32,000 nt of DNA from Pirellula staleyi DSM 6068 (GCA_000025185.1 CP001848.1:30001-62000), one strand, 5' to 3'; counted from the stretch's first letter, positions 1 through 8,415 are shown. Translations and numbers: made by a program. Notes: a model not told the origin generated them from the sequence alone.

Positions 1-182
1 CCACGGCTCGAGAGACGCCATACCATGCCGAGCATCGGACCACGCAGCACGGGAGACCAGAGCCAGTCGGCCAGCGTAGAAGAACTGCTTGACACTGCCG
101 ATGATGCCACCGTCGGCTTAGCAATCGTGACGGTGTCGTCGGCTGATTTGCACGTGGTAGGTGCCGAGGTGACAATCGACAT
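1..182 (-). CDS. Hypothetical protein, N-terminal fragment; the gene continues off the left edge of the window
   Basis: ATG at 182-180 (minus) sits 6 nt after GAGGAG (cttGAGGAGctgctATG). The frame is open to position 1 (MSIVTSAPTTCKSADDTVTIAKPTVASS...). Codon choice (tcg, acc, acg, gac, ctg, ctc) fits the confidently called genes better than the overlapping + ORF 25..312, which uses many gga/tta/ata/aga/gta codons. The two frames share third-codon positions, so strand assignment stays uncertain. No product recognised. Confidence 0.35.
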   Translation of the reverse strand, partial: MSIVTSAPTTCKSADDTVTIAKPTVASSAVSSSSSTLADWLWSPVLRGPMLGMVWRLSSR

Positions 183-385
183 AGCAGCTCCTCAAGACTT
201 TAATACCCAACTGCGAAAGCTTCAATCGACTGGGGGAGGAGCCGTGGTTTTAAGACAGCAGGAGTGCCGTAGCACCTGCCTTGTATCATCGAGCACAAAC
301 CTGTTGTTCTAGCGTACAATCTGACAAATAAAGCAAAAATTGTCTTTTGAATAGAGTGCCGACTTAAGTCCTCTTCTATCTACAA

Positions 386-434
386 AAAATGGCTTAGGAT
401 CTACTAAGTAGAAGCTAAGCCATTTTAGATTTTT
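386..434. terminator. Long AT-rich hairpin, likely a terminator for the minus-strand lipoprotein gene and possibly bidirectional
   Basis: Arms AAAATGGCTTAGGATCTACT (386-405) and AGTAGAAGCTAAGCCATTTT (407-426) are complementary apart from a 2-nt internal mismatch. The hairpin has an A-run on the 5' side and T-rich sequence (ttagattttt) on the 3' side. It lies about 100 nt downstream of the stop of the 524..1612 (-) gene, inside an AT-rich gap. Confidence 0.55.
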
Positions 435-523
435 AGAGATGGCAAACCTTTACACTCTCAAAGGTATGCCGAGCTGGACCAACATCTGTCACTGAACGGA
501 TCCAAGGACAGATGCAACAGCGA

Positions 524-1612
524 CTAACGCTGATAAGTTCCATAGCTACCGGCTGGATTCTGATCGTACGAGGCGTTCTGTACGCCACTGGTGGTACGAG
601 CGGTGCTGCCAGGACGATAACCGCCGGTCGACGACAAGCTGGCGGGAACGCCAGGCATTGCAGCCGCTGGGTTGGTGCTCATCGTGGGAGCTGGCGAAGT
701 GGCGGTGGCTGGAGCAGCGGCATAGCCGGTCGAGCCATAGCCGGTGTCAGCCGATGGGGCTGGTTCGTACGAGCTGTTGTAGTTTGCTGGGGCCGTAGCG
801 GGCTGAGCATAGGTCTCGGCGGCTGGCTGAGCGTAGCCAGTGGCGGCTGGGGCAGCGGCATAGCCTTCGCTGTAGCCACCTTGGCTGTAACCAGCCTGGT
901 TGTAGCCATCGGCAGCAGGAGCAGCAGCGTAACCGGTGCTTGGATCAGCGGCAGGTGCCATCGAGGTGGGGTAGCCGGCTGGAGCTGGCGAGTAACCACC
1001 CTGTGGCGCTGGTGCTGGAGCATAGCCAGGCTGTTGGTAGTTGTCGTAACCACCGGCTGGCGAAGGATTTTGGTAGGTCGGAGCAGGAGCATAGCCCCCT
1101 GCTGCAGGCTGGGCATAAGGAGCTGCCTGGCCGTACGACTGAGCAGGCGCTGGAGCCTGTGGTGGATAGGTCTGCCAAGCCTGGGCACCCGTTTGAGCCG
1201 GGTTGCTCGTCATGCCGTAAGGGCCAGTCTGATAGCCCGAAGCTGGTGTCGCGGTCCCTGGCGTAGCGCCGTAAGCAGCGGCTGGCTGGGTGGGATAGCC
1301 CGACGTTGGAGCCATCGAATAGCCAGCTGGCTGGGTGGTGGGATAGCCCGGACGAGGTGCAGCGGCAACGCTGGTGCTGCTCGAGGGAACAGCCGTGCTC
1401 GAAGGGGTCGGCACGCTGGTGGGTGGCTTACTGGTGGCCAGGCTCGTTTCCGTTCCCTTGGTGGCCGAGCTCGACGAGCTCCATGGAGTCCAAGGACGCC
1501 ATGCCATCCACGTTGGCTTCTTCCAGCCCCAGCCGGTGCTGCAGCCGGTCGACGAACAAACGAGCACCGCCAACATCACTGCAGCTGCCCACTTGGTACC
1601 CTTGATCCGCAT
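524..1612 (-). CDS. Probable lipoprotein with a Trp-rich segment and a long Tyr/Gly/Pro/Ala/Gln low-complexity region
   Basis: The track ORF 524..1660 starts at a TTG. The first ATG is at 1612, preceded by AAAGGA, and gives MRIKGTKWAAAVMLAVLVCSSTGC, a signal peptide with a lipobox-like Cys. Next comes WGWKKPTWMAWRPWTPW, then about 300 aa almost free of charged residues, with GYAAAPA occurring three times. The hairpin at 386-434 lies downstream. The + strand ORF 512..1732 is an R/W/G-rich antisense shadow. Confidence 0.7.
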   Translation of the reverse strand: MRIKGTKWAAAVMLAVLVCSSTGCSTGWGWKKPTWMAWRPWTPWSSSSSATKGTETSLATSKPPTSVPTPSSTAVPSSSTSVAAAPRPGYPTTQPAGYSMAPTSGYPTQPAAAYGATPGTATPASGYQTGPYGMTSNPAQTGAQAWQTYPPQAPAPAQSYGQAAPYAQPAAGGYAPAPTYQNPSPAGGYDNYQQPGYAPAPAPQGGYSPAPAGYPTSMAPAADPSTGYAAAPAADGYNQAGYSQGGYSEGYAAAPAATGYAQPAAETYAQPATAPANYNSSYEPAPSADTGYGSTGYAAAPATATSPAPTMSTNPAAAMPGVPASLSSTGGYRPGSTARTTSGVQNASYDQNPAGSYGTYQR

Positions 1613-2178
1613 GGCGATAAATCCTTTTATCTGTTGTTGCTTCGGTCGGCCCAGGGGCAAGTTCGCCGGGCATCAGGCCGCAAGCAATCGCGATTCACAA
1701 TTCCAAACTGTCTTGGCGTTCTGCAACTGTAGGCAGCTCGCAAGTGGTGGCACGTTTCGCATCCTTACGAAACACCCATCGCTTGCGCATCGATTCCACT
1801 AAATACTTCATTCGGCCGGTACGATCCGCAACATGCAGTTAAATCGGACAAATTACTCAAGCAGCACGGCCCGAAGTATCGGAACAGTCTTCCAGAAGAC
1901 TGCTAGCACCGCGACTGACTGAAGTACGATCGCCCAAACTGCTTTTGCTCATCGCTGGGTTCTGGCAGGAGCCGAGTGGCGGTCGCTGTCGACCTACAAC
2001 TTCCCCGCAAAAACTCTCCGCGCGGCGGATATTAGGAATGCACGCAGAACGTGTCAACGCCAGAAAAAGGGAAGTCACAAAGTGCCATAATCTAATGGAC
2101 TGCTAGCGTCACAAACTGCTTACTCCGGGACTTTGCAAGCATTTTGGTAGCCAAAGACACTGCGTGACTTAACACCAC

Positions 2179-3327
2179 TTATTTTATGAATGATTCCCAT
2201 TGCTGTGAGAAGACACTCTTAATTCGTCGCTCGTAAACTTCCAGTCGACTGTGTATCAGAGACAGAGACGGAAACCGCCGCTTTTCTAGGTAAATCCAAT
2301 CCATCCAATTTGCTGCACCGAGGATCAAATTACATTTAAAGATCGTCTCGAACCAAATGGGTGGTATCTGTAGTTTTGAGTGCTGAACATAGGTCTTGAC
2401 TCGCTCCGCTATCGGGTTGCGGATCTTTTGAAAATGAAGTTCCAGTAACCTCGCCAAGTCAGCAACTGGGGTATCAATCCGCATTGCTCCAAAATCAATC
2501 ATTCCACTCAGTTTTCCCTTAACAAATAGAAAGTGCTCGGGGCGCGCATCACGGATGACAGGGCGTAAGTCGCTGCTGATTCCCAGGGAACTTTCAATGA
2601 GAGGGCCAAGCGATGGGAGCAGTTCACCAACCAAGCGACATAGCGATGGTACCGTGTTACCAATGAGACTTGGCTGCGACTGACTGCATTCATCAACCGC
2701 TCGTTGGACAAGAATCCAACCACCGTTAGTTAGTTCGAGCCAACGCTTACGTCGCTCAAGAATGGAGGGAGCAATCCCTTGGATGTGCTCGAAACGATCA
2801 CCGGCTACTCGATGAAACTTCGCCAAAGCGAGAATCATCTGGTGCCAAGAATCGCCATACCTCGACCTTGGGTACATTCGAGTACGGCGGCTTGTGCCCT
2901 CATCGCTCTTCAGATTATGGGCGCGATGAGCGAGGAGATCGTGATTTACACCTGGCATCCAAGGCTGAAGCTCCCAAAGATTGGCCGTTTGGCGGACGTA
3001 AGTTGTCCCTCGCGTCGAGCGGAGTGGTGCCGCGACCACATCGAGATGCTCGCGAGCTCTCAGAACCCAGCGGTGGATGTCGAGAAGTCGCGGTTCGGAC
3101 GGATGTTCTTTAGGCCATTGACGGAGGCAATAAGTGGTTGTGGTTACTTCACTTGGAAGCACCAGCACTTTAGCCTGTTGCCCACTTCCAGAGGTAATCG
3201 CGCGGACCTTCCAAATCCTTGCTCCGCTCATGCCTATGGAGGAGGTAAGCTCCTCGGCATCCAGAAAGGGGCCGAAATGGCCGTAGTAGTCGAGTACGCC
3301 TTGAATCTCTGCCGGTAACAAATCCAT
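2179..3327 (-). CDS. Kinase-fold phosphotransferase (APH/CotS/homoserine-kinase-II-like family)
   Basis: Catalytic-loop-like IRDARPEHFLF is followed by GMIDFGAM and DLARLL, which matches the PF01636-type phosphotransferase layout. The longest ORF starts at a TTG (3357). I prefer the ATG at 3327 (MDLLPAEIQ...), which follows CAGGAGGCTGG, a strong SD. An ATG at 3342 is an alternative start. Confidence 0.8.
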   Translation of the reverse strand: MDLLPAEIQGVLDYYGHFGPFLDAEELTSSIGMSGARIWKVRAITSGSGQQAKVLVLPSEVTTTTYCLRQWPKEHPSEPRLLDIHRWVLRAREHLDVVAAPLRSTRGTTYVRQTANLWELQPWMPGVNHDLLAHRAHNLKSDEGTSRRTRMYPRSRYGDSWHQMILALAKFHRVAGDRFEHIQGIAPSILERRKRWLELTNGGWILVQRAVDECSQSQPSLIGNTVPSLCRLVGELLPSLGPLIESSLGISSDLRPVIRDARPEHFLFVKGKLSGMIDFGAMRIDTPVADLARLLELHFQKIRNPIAERVKTYVQHSKLQIPPIWFETIFKCNLILGAANWMDWIYLEKRRFPSLSLIHSRLEVYERRIKSVFSQQWESFIK

Positions 3328-3688
3328 CCAGCCTCCTGGCATTTTCCGCAAACCCAAGAACTATCCGGGGTCTTTGGGGCACTACTGTTAATACGACCGG
3401 TAAACTCGCCGTAGCCCGCCCAGCTGCCTATCCTACCAACAGCCGAGCCCAAATCGGCCTCGCCTAGCGACTTACAACCGCTAAACGTGTGCATCTCGAC
3501 CAGAAATCTGGTAGACAAGGCAATGTGGGCTATATTTTACGAGCCGTATTTCCTCCGTAAGGTCGAAGAAACGGGAGCTGGTTTCCTCCGCAAGCGTTTT
3601 CCGTCGGCTGACTCGTTTCGAATCCGGGTTGGTCCTCGCTCAACTCCCCCCTGCTTTACACTGCTTTTAATACGCAAGAAAGAAGCCT

Positions 3689-6418
3689 ATGAACGTTCGC
3701 CACGGTGTTTTTGCACTCGCAATGGCCTGCGTGATGGCCGTCCCAAGCTCGACTTGGGCCGACGACACGACCACTCCAGCTACGGAAAAGCCTGCAACGG
3801 GCACCATCGCCGCTGAAACCCCAGCGGGTAGTTCGGCTGGCGCTGCGGGTGGCTCGGCCACACCTCAGCCTCCCACCCCTGCTCACGTGGCCCTGCTGAA
3901 AGATGCCAAACCGGTGAGCGGCATGCTCACGATGTACGAAAAGGGAAACAACCTCTACGCCGAACTCGCCGGTGGCGATTACACGTCGGAATACATCGTC
4001 CTGATTTCGATTTCGCGTGGCATCGGTCAGACACCGCTGCTGGGTGGCTTTAGCTGGGGCTTCGGCGACGACTGGATTTGGCAGTTCCGCAAAGTGGGCG
4101 AAAACGTCCACATCGTGCGCCGCAACGTCCGCTTCAAAGCCAACACCGGTTCGCCCGAAGCTCGCGCAGTGCAAAACGCCTACACCGACAGCGTTCTCTT
4201 CAGCCTGCCGATAATCACCAAAGGCCCCAAGGGGGGCGACATGGTCGACCTGACCCAGGTCTTCATGAGCGACTTGCCCCAAATCGGCCAGGTGCTGCAA
4301 GGCTTCATCTTCTCACCACAAAAGTCGTCGATCGCGGAAGCCAAAGGCTTTCCGAACAACATGGAACTCGAGATCGCTGCCACCTACGCTTCGAGCGGTC
4401 AGATGGAAATCGACACCGTTCCCGACAGCCGTGGTGTGACGATCAACGTTCACTACTCGATCAGCAAGATTCCGACGACCGGCTACACACCTCGCTTGGC
4501 CGACGATCGCGTGGGCTACTTCCTCACCGCCGTGAAGGATTTTTCGAGCAAGAGCGACCGCGACCAATTTGTCCGCTACGTGAATCGCTGGAACCTGACG
4601 AAGGCCGATGCCTCGGCGGAAATTTCGCCTCCTCAGCAGCCGATCAAGTTCTGGATCGAGAAGACGGTTCCTTACAAGTTCCGCAAACCGATCTACGACG
4701 GCATTTACGAATGGAACAAGGCGTTTGAAGCTGCCGGCTTTGTGAATGCTCTGATCGTCGATCAGCAGCCCGACAATGCCGAATGGGATCCCGAAGATGT
4801 GAACTACAACACGTTCCGCTGGATCACGTCGAACGCTGGTTTCGCGATGGGCCCATCGCGCGTGAATCCCTACACCGGCCAGATCCTCGACGCCGACATC
4901 ATTTTCGATGCCGACTTCCTCAGCTTCTGGAAGGAAGAGTACGAAAACCTGACTCCCCAAACGATTGCTGAAATGACCGGCGGTGCGCTCGATATCGATT
5001 CGAACATTGCCCCTCGTCAGCGTTCGATCTTCAATCCTCGCGCCACCACCGCTGCGATGGATCAGTGCATGCTCAACCGGGGCATGAGCATGCAGCTCGC
5101 CTTCGGAGCTGCTGCCATTCAAGCCCAAGCCGATCCGAAAATGACCGCCGAGCAGCTGGAAAAATTCATCATGCAGGCGCTCAAAGAAGTGACGATGCAC
5201 GAAGTGGGTCACACCCTCGGCCTGCGTCACAACTTCAAGGCGAGCAAGTGGCTGAGCCTGAAGGAACAGAACGATCCTGAAAAGACGAAGACTGGCATGG
5301 TCGCCTCGGTGATGGACTATAACCCTGCCAACATCGTTCCCAAGGAATGGAAACAAGGGGACTACTTCACCTCGACCCTCGGCCCCTACGACATGTGGGC
5401 CATCGAATACGGCTACAAGCAGCTGAGTGGTGGCACCCTGGGTGAAGTGGCCGAACTCAAGAAGATTGCGGCTCGCAGTGGCGAAAAAGCCCTGCAATAT
5501 GCCACCGATGAAGACACCCGCGGCACCGACCCCGATCCCGACAGCAACCGTTTCGATAACGGTAGCGATCCGATCGAGTTTGCGAAAATGCGTGGTCAAA
5601 TCCTGAAGGAACTCCTCCCTGGCCTCGTTGATCGCACGACCAAAGAAGGGGATGACTATACTCAAGCTCGTCGCACGTTCAACATCCTGGTTTCGCAGTA
5701 TGGTCAGAGCATGTTCTTCCTCAGCCGCTATGTCGGTGGTCTCTCGACCTCGCGTAGCCACAAGGGAGACAAAGATGGCCGGATGCCAGTCGTGCTGGTC
5801 GATGTGAAACTCCAGCGCGATGCTCTGGCGATGCTCGAAGAAGATGTCTTCGGCGCGAAAGAACTCGCCTTCTCCCCTGAACTCTACAACCAGCTCGGCT
5901 GGACCAACTGGAGTCACTGGGGCGTTTCCGAACCAACCCGCAAAGATTTCGGCGTGCACGATTTTGTGCTGCAGTGGCAATCGCGCATGCTCGATCAAAT
6001 GCTCTCGAGCGTGACACTCCGCCGCATGCACGATGCCGAGCTAAAGGCCCCTGCTGATCAGGACGTGCTGACCACGGCCGAACTGCTCGAACGCCTCACC
6101 AAAGCGATCTACAGTGAAGTTGATACGGTGAAGAATGGCGAGTTTACCCCGCGTAAACCGGCCATCAGCAGCATTCGCCGCAACTTGCAGCGCGAGTACC
6201 TGAGCCGCCTCGGCTACCTCGCTATGGGAGACACCGCCGCCCCTGCCGATTGCCAAACGGTGGCTTACGCGCAGCTGACCGACCTCAAAAATCGCGTGAA
6301 GGTGCTGCTCGAATCGAACGACGTGAAACTCGACAGCTACACGCGAGCTCACTTGCTCGAAACGTCGTCGCGGATCGAGAAAATTCTCGACGCTCGGCTC
6401 ACCCTTTCTGCTCCCTAA
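3689..6418 (+). CDS. Secreted zinc-dependent metalloprotease (metzincin-like, DUF5117/DUF4953-type large protease)
   Basis: ATG at 3689. The N-terminal signal-like stretch is VFALAMACVMAVPSSTWA. The motif HEVGHTLGLRHNF (HExxHxxGxxH) is followed by ASVMDYN. The uninterrupted 909-aa ORF has typical codon usage and a hairpin terminator 47 nt after the stop. Confidence 0.93.
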   Translation: MNVRHGVFALAMACVMAVPSSTWADDTTTPATEKPATGTIAAETPAGSSAGAAGGSATPQPPTPAHVALLKDAKPVSGMLTMYEKGNNLYAELAGGDYTSEYIVLISISRGIGQTPLLGGFSWGFGDDWIWQFRKVGENVHIVRRNVRFKANTGSPEARAVQNAYTDSVLFSLPIITKGPKGGDMVDLTQVFMSDLPQIGQVLQGFIFSPQKSSIAEAKGFPNNMELEIAATYASSGQMEIDTVPDSRGVTINVHYSISKIPTTGYTPRLADDRVGYFLTAVKDFSSKSDRDQFVRYVNRWNLTKADASAEISPPQQPIKFWIEKTVPYKFRKPIYDGIYEWNKAFEAAGFVNALIVDQQPDNAEWDPEDVNYNTFRWITSNAGFAMGPSRVNPYTGQILDADIIFDADFLSFWKEEYENLTPQTIAEMTGGALDIDSNIAPRQRSIFNPRATTAAMDQCMLNRGMSMQLAFGAAAIQAQADPKMTAEQLEKFIMQALKEVTMHEVGHTLGLRHNFKASKWLSLKEQNDPEKTKTGMVASVMDYNPANIVPKEWKQGDYFTSTLGPYDMWAIEYGYKQLSGGTLGEVAELKKIAARSGEKALQYATDEDTRGTDPDPDSNRFDNGSDPIEFAKMRGQILKELLPGLVDRTTKEGDDYTQARRTFNILVSQYGQSMFFLSRYVGGLSTSRSHKGDKDGRMPVVLVDVKLQRDALAMLEEDVFGAKELAFSPELYNQLGWTNWSHWGVSEPTRKDFGVHDFVLQWQSRMLDQMLSSVTLRRMHDAELKAPADQDVLTTAELLERLTKAIYSEVDTVKNGEFTPRKPAISSIRRNLQREYLSRLGYLAMGDTAAPADCQTVAYAQLTDLKNRVKVLLESNDVKLDSYTRAHLLETSSRIEKILDARLTLSAP

Positions 6419-6464
6419 AGTTCCTCGGAACTTTCGTCAGCCAGAGACATTCAAAACGAACCAG

Positions 6465-6501
6465 CCGACCTGCGAGCCCCGTGCTTTCAGGTCGGTTTTT
6501 T
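6465..6501 (+). terminator. Rho-independent terminator after the metalloprotease gene
   Basis: Stem CCGACCTG (6465-6472) pairs with CAGGTCGG (6488-6495), followed directly by TTTTTT (6496-6501). Confidence 0.7.
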
Positions 6502-6587
6502 CGTTTCTTGCTCGAACCGCACAGGCGATCGTGGTAAGCTCAGACTGAGTTTGAAGAGCCAGTTTTTCCCTTCCAAGGACATTCACC

Positions 6588-6947
6588 ATGCGCATGGTCG
6601 TAGCACTCGTGCAGCCCACGAAAGTGAAAGCCGTGCAAGAGGCGCTGGCGCGGATTGGGGTCGACCGAATGACCGTTTGCGACGCCCTGGGCTATGGCCA
6701 GCAGATGGGCTCGTCGACAGGCTCCACCGTGAAGGGCTCGTCCCCCGCCGGCGGTCAATTGCACCGCAAAGTGGCCCTGGAAATCGCCGTTAACGAAGAC
6801 TTCCTCGAGAAGACCGTCGACACCATTGCCCGCGTCGCCCGAACCGGCAGCGAAGGGATGGTGGGAGATGGCAAGATTTTTGTCCTGCCGATCGAAGAGA
6901 CGATCCGCCTAAGCGACACCGTTCGCGGCCCCGAAGCGGTTTCGTAA
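6588..6947 (+). CDS. P-II (GlnB/GlnK) family signal-transduction protein, divergent
   Basis: ATG at 6588 with AAGGA 9 nt upstream. It aligns by eye along its whole length with E. coli GlnB (MRMVVALVQPTKVKAVQEAL..GVDRMTV......VGDGKIFVLPIEETIRL..RGPEAV). The T-loop region GYGQQMGSSTGSTVKGSSPAGGQLHRK lacks the uridylylated Tyr. The B-loop carries a small insertion (TGSEGMVGDGKIF). Confidence 0.9.
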   Translation: MRMVVALVQPTKVKAVQEALARIGVDRMTVCDALGYGQQMGSSTGSTVKGSSPAGGQLHRKVALEIAVNEDFLEKTVDTIARVARTGSEGMVGDGKIFVLPIEETIRLSDTVRGPEAVS

Positions 6948-6968
6948 CGCTCGCAGCCAATCGCGTAC

Positions 6969-7481
6969 TTAGAACGCATCTTCCGGAGTGCCGATCTGCC
7001 GGATTACTTCGTACATCGCCGCCGTCGCCGAGCTCGAAAGGTTGAGACTCCGCACCTGCGGACGCATCGGCAGGCGCAATTTAGCGGAGCTAGGAAACTG
7101 GCTCACGATCTCTTCGGGAAGCCCCGCTGACTCGCAGCCAAACAGCAGCACATCTCCCTGCTCGTAAGTCACGTCGCTATAGCGGCTCTGGCCGAACTTC
7201 GTGAAGAGCCAAACCCGCTGCTGCTCGAACGGCTCGGGAATTTTCGCCCGGATTTCGTCGAGGCTGTCGACCGCTTCCCACTCCAGATGCTGCCAGTAGT
7301 CGAGCCCCGCCCGGCGGAGCTGTTTCTCGGAAATATCGAACCCGAGCGGGCGGACGAGCCACAACTTGGCCCCGACAGCCACGCAGCTGCGACCGATGTT
7401 GCCCGTGTTGGGCGGGATCTCCGGATGCCACAAGATGACATGCAACCGGGGGACATATTTCGCGGATACAGTCACGCGCAC
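6969..7481 (-). CDS. trmL: tRNA (cytidine/uridine-2'-O-)-methyltransferase TrmL (SpoU/TrmH family)
   Basis: LHVILWHPEIPPNTGNIGRSCVAVGAKLWLVRPLGF..LRRAGLDYW...LFGCESAGLPEEI...LRLPMRPQVRSLNLSSSATAAMYE matches E. coli TrmL motif for motif. The longest ORF (to 7634) starts at a TTG and would add about 50 non-homologous residues. GTG at 7481 is preceded by TAAGG. TTG at 7445 would give MHVILWHPEIP. The start is therefore uncertain by about 40 nt. Confidence 0.88.
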   Translation of the reverse strand: MRVTVSAKYVPRLHVILWHPEIPPNTGNIGRSCVAVGAKLWLVRPLGFDISEKQLRRAGLDYWQHLEWEAVDSLDEIRAKIPEPFEQQRVWLFTKFGQSRYSDVTYEQGDVLLFGCESAGLPEEIVSQFPSSAKLRLPMRPQVRSLNLSSSATAAMYEVIRQIGTPEDAF

Positions 7482-7659
7482 TCCAGCCTTAACTTGACCC
7501 ACCCCACTTTTTAGGGAACGATCTACACAGTCCTTCAGGATGAATACCTGACGGAGCAGAAGCGTCCGCTGACAACGGCTCGATGATACCAACTTCATCG
7601 CCCCGCGCGCCGAGCCGTTGCGACTCGAAATCAAACTCTCCTACAAAACGTCTAGGTAC

Positions 7660-8397
7660 ATGACGACCAATCCCTACGAGCCACCGGAATCACGTTCTCC
7701 CAAGCCAACGTCGCACGGAATAAGAAGTGCTGAACTGCGACGCACTATAGCGACGTTTGTGATTATGTTTGTCGGACCCTTCGCAGCGATCATTGCTTTC
7801 TTTACCACGTGTTCCGCAGTTCCGAAATCCAGCGGGCTGATGGTCGTATCGTTCGTTCTTTCGAGTCTTGCAGCGGGAGTAGCCTACAGCTTGGCTGTTT
7901 ACTGCACACTACCGAAATACCGTACCCTTGCTCATCGGAGTGTAACTCGCAGTTCAAAGGCGATTCCAAGTTCGGCAAGCGAGAGCGAGCCGATTACTTC
8001 CGCGAAGAACGAGGGGATCGAGCGAACCTGTCCCGTTTGTCGCCGCAAGATGCCTGACAATAGTCGCCACTGCGAAAACTGTTTGTATGTCGAGCCAGCA
8101 GCCAAGTCCCTCTATCTCGAAGAAGCCAAAGATTTATCGAGCGTCGAATTAGCTCCGATCGCACCACAGCCGATGTCACGCACCACGATCATGTTGATGG
8201 CCCCAGTTGTGGCCATCTTTCTAACGTGCCTCGCAACACTTGTTGTGGCGATCTCCATCGAGCTAAGCCTATCGAGTCGCTTTGGCATCGAGACATTTGC
8301 CATCGCAGCCTTGGCAGCAATTGCAACAGTGGCGGTTGGCCTCATCGCCACCATCGTTGTCACCTTGCGATTTTACAAATGGTACGAACGGTCGTAG
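7660..8397 (+). CDS. Uncharacterised 4-TM membrane protein, paralogue E1: NPYEPP tail, internal CxxC-x9-CxxC zinc ribbon, AFFxTC helix
   Basis: The track ORF begins at TTG 7618. ATG at 7660 gives MTTNPYEPPESRS, in parallel with the N-termini of the next two genes. TM helices include FVGPFAAIIAFFTTC and MAPVVAIFLTCLATLVV. The ribbon is CPVCRRKMPDNSRHCENC. The C-terminus is VVTLRFYKWYERS. The next gene starts 18 nt downstream. Confidence 0.75.
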   Translation: MTTNPYEPPESRSPKPTSHGIRSAELRRTIATFVIMFVGPFAAIIAFFTTCSAVPKSSGLMVVSFVLSSLAAGVAYSLAVYCTLPKYRTLAHRSVTRSSKAIPSSASESEPITSAKNEGIERTCPVCRRKMPDNSRHCENCLYVEPAAKSLYLEEAKDLSSVELAPIAPQPMSRTTIMLMAPVVAIFLTCLATLVVAISIELSLSSRFGIETFAIAALAAIATVAVGLIATIVVTLRFYKWYERS

Positions 8398-8415
8398 TCC
8401 CAGGCGAGCGAACCG

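Noticed and set aside
25-312. Plus-strand 95-aa ORF at the left edge, which could also extend off the window
   Set aside because: It shares third-codon positions with the minus-strand ORF starting at 182. Its 3' third runs into lower-GC sequence and uses many codons that are rare in the confident genes (gga, tta, ata, aga, gta, caa). The minus-strand start has a GAGGAG SD. I cannot fully exclude it.
512-1732. 406-aa plus-strand ORF, rich in R, W and G
   Set aside because: It is an antisense shadow of the Pro/Ala/Tyr-rich lipoprotein gene. It has no signal or domain features, and its composition is what the reverse complement of GCN/CCN-rich codons would give.
3611-3630. tRNA T-loop-like string GTTTCGAATCC upstream of the metalloprotease gene
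   Set aside because: The flanking bases do not form a T-stem (ctcgt versus ccggg pairs poorly at the loop-closing position). I could not build acceptor or anticodon arms around it.
3487-3816. 109-aa plus-strand ORF overlapping the metalloprotease start
   Set aside because: It is out of frame with a strongly supported gene, lies mostly in the intergenic leader, and has no features.
4313-6031. 572-aa minus-strand ORF
   Set aside because: It lies entirely inside the well-supported metalloprotease gene. Such long shadow ORFs are typical of high-GC DNA, and no motifs are present.
7618-7659. Upstream TTG-initiated extensions reported by the ORF track here, and likewise at 11308, 16866, 15736, 9124, 9479, 29250 and 30002
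   Set aside because: Checking the DNA shows the leading M of these track ORFs is a TTG. The internal ATGs give proper signal peptides, paralogue-consistent N-termini, or avoid overlap with upstream genes.
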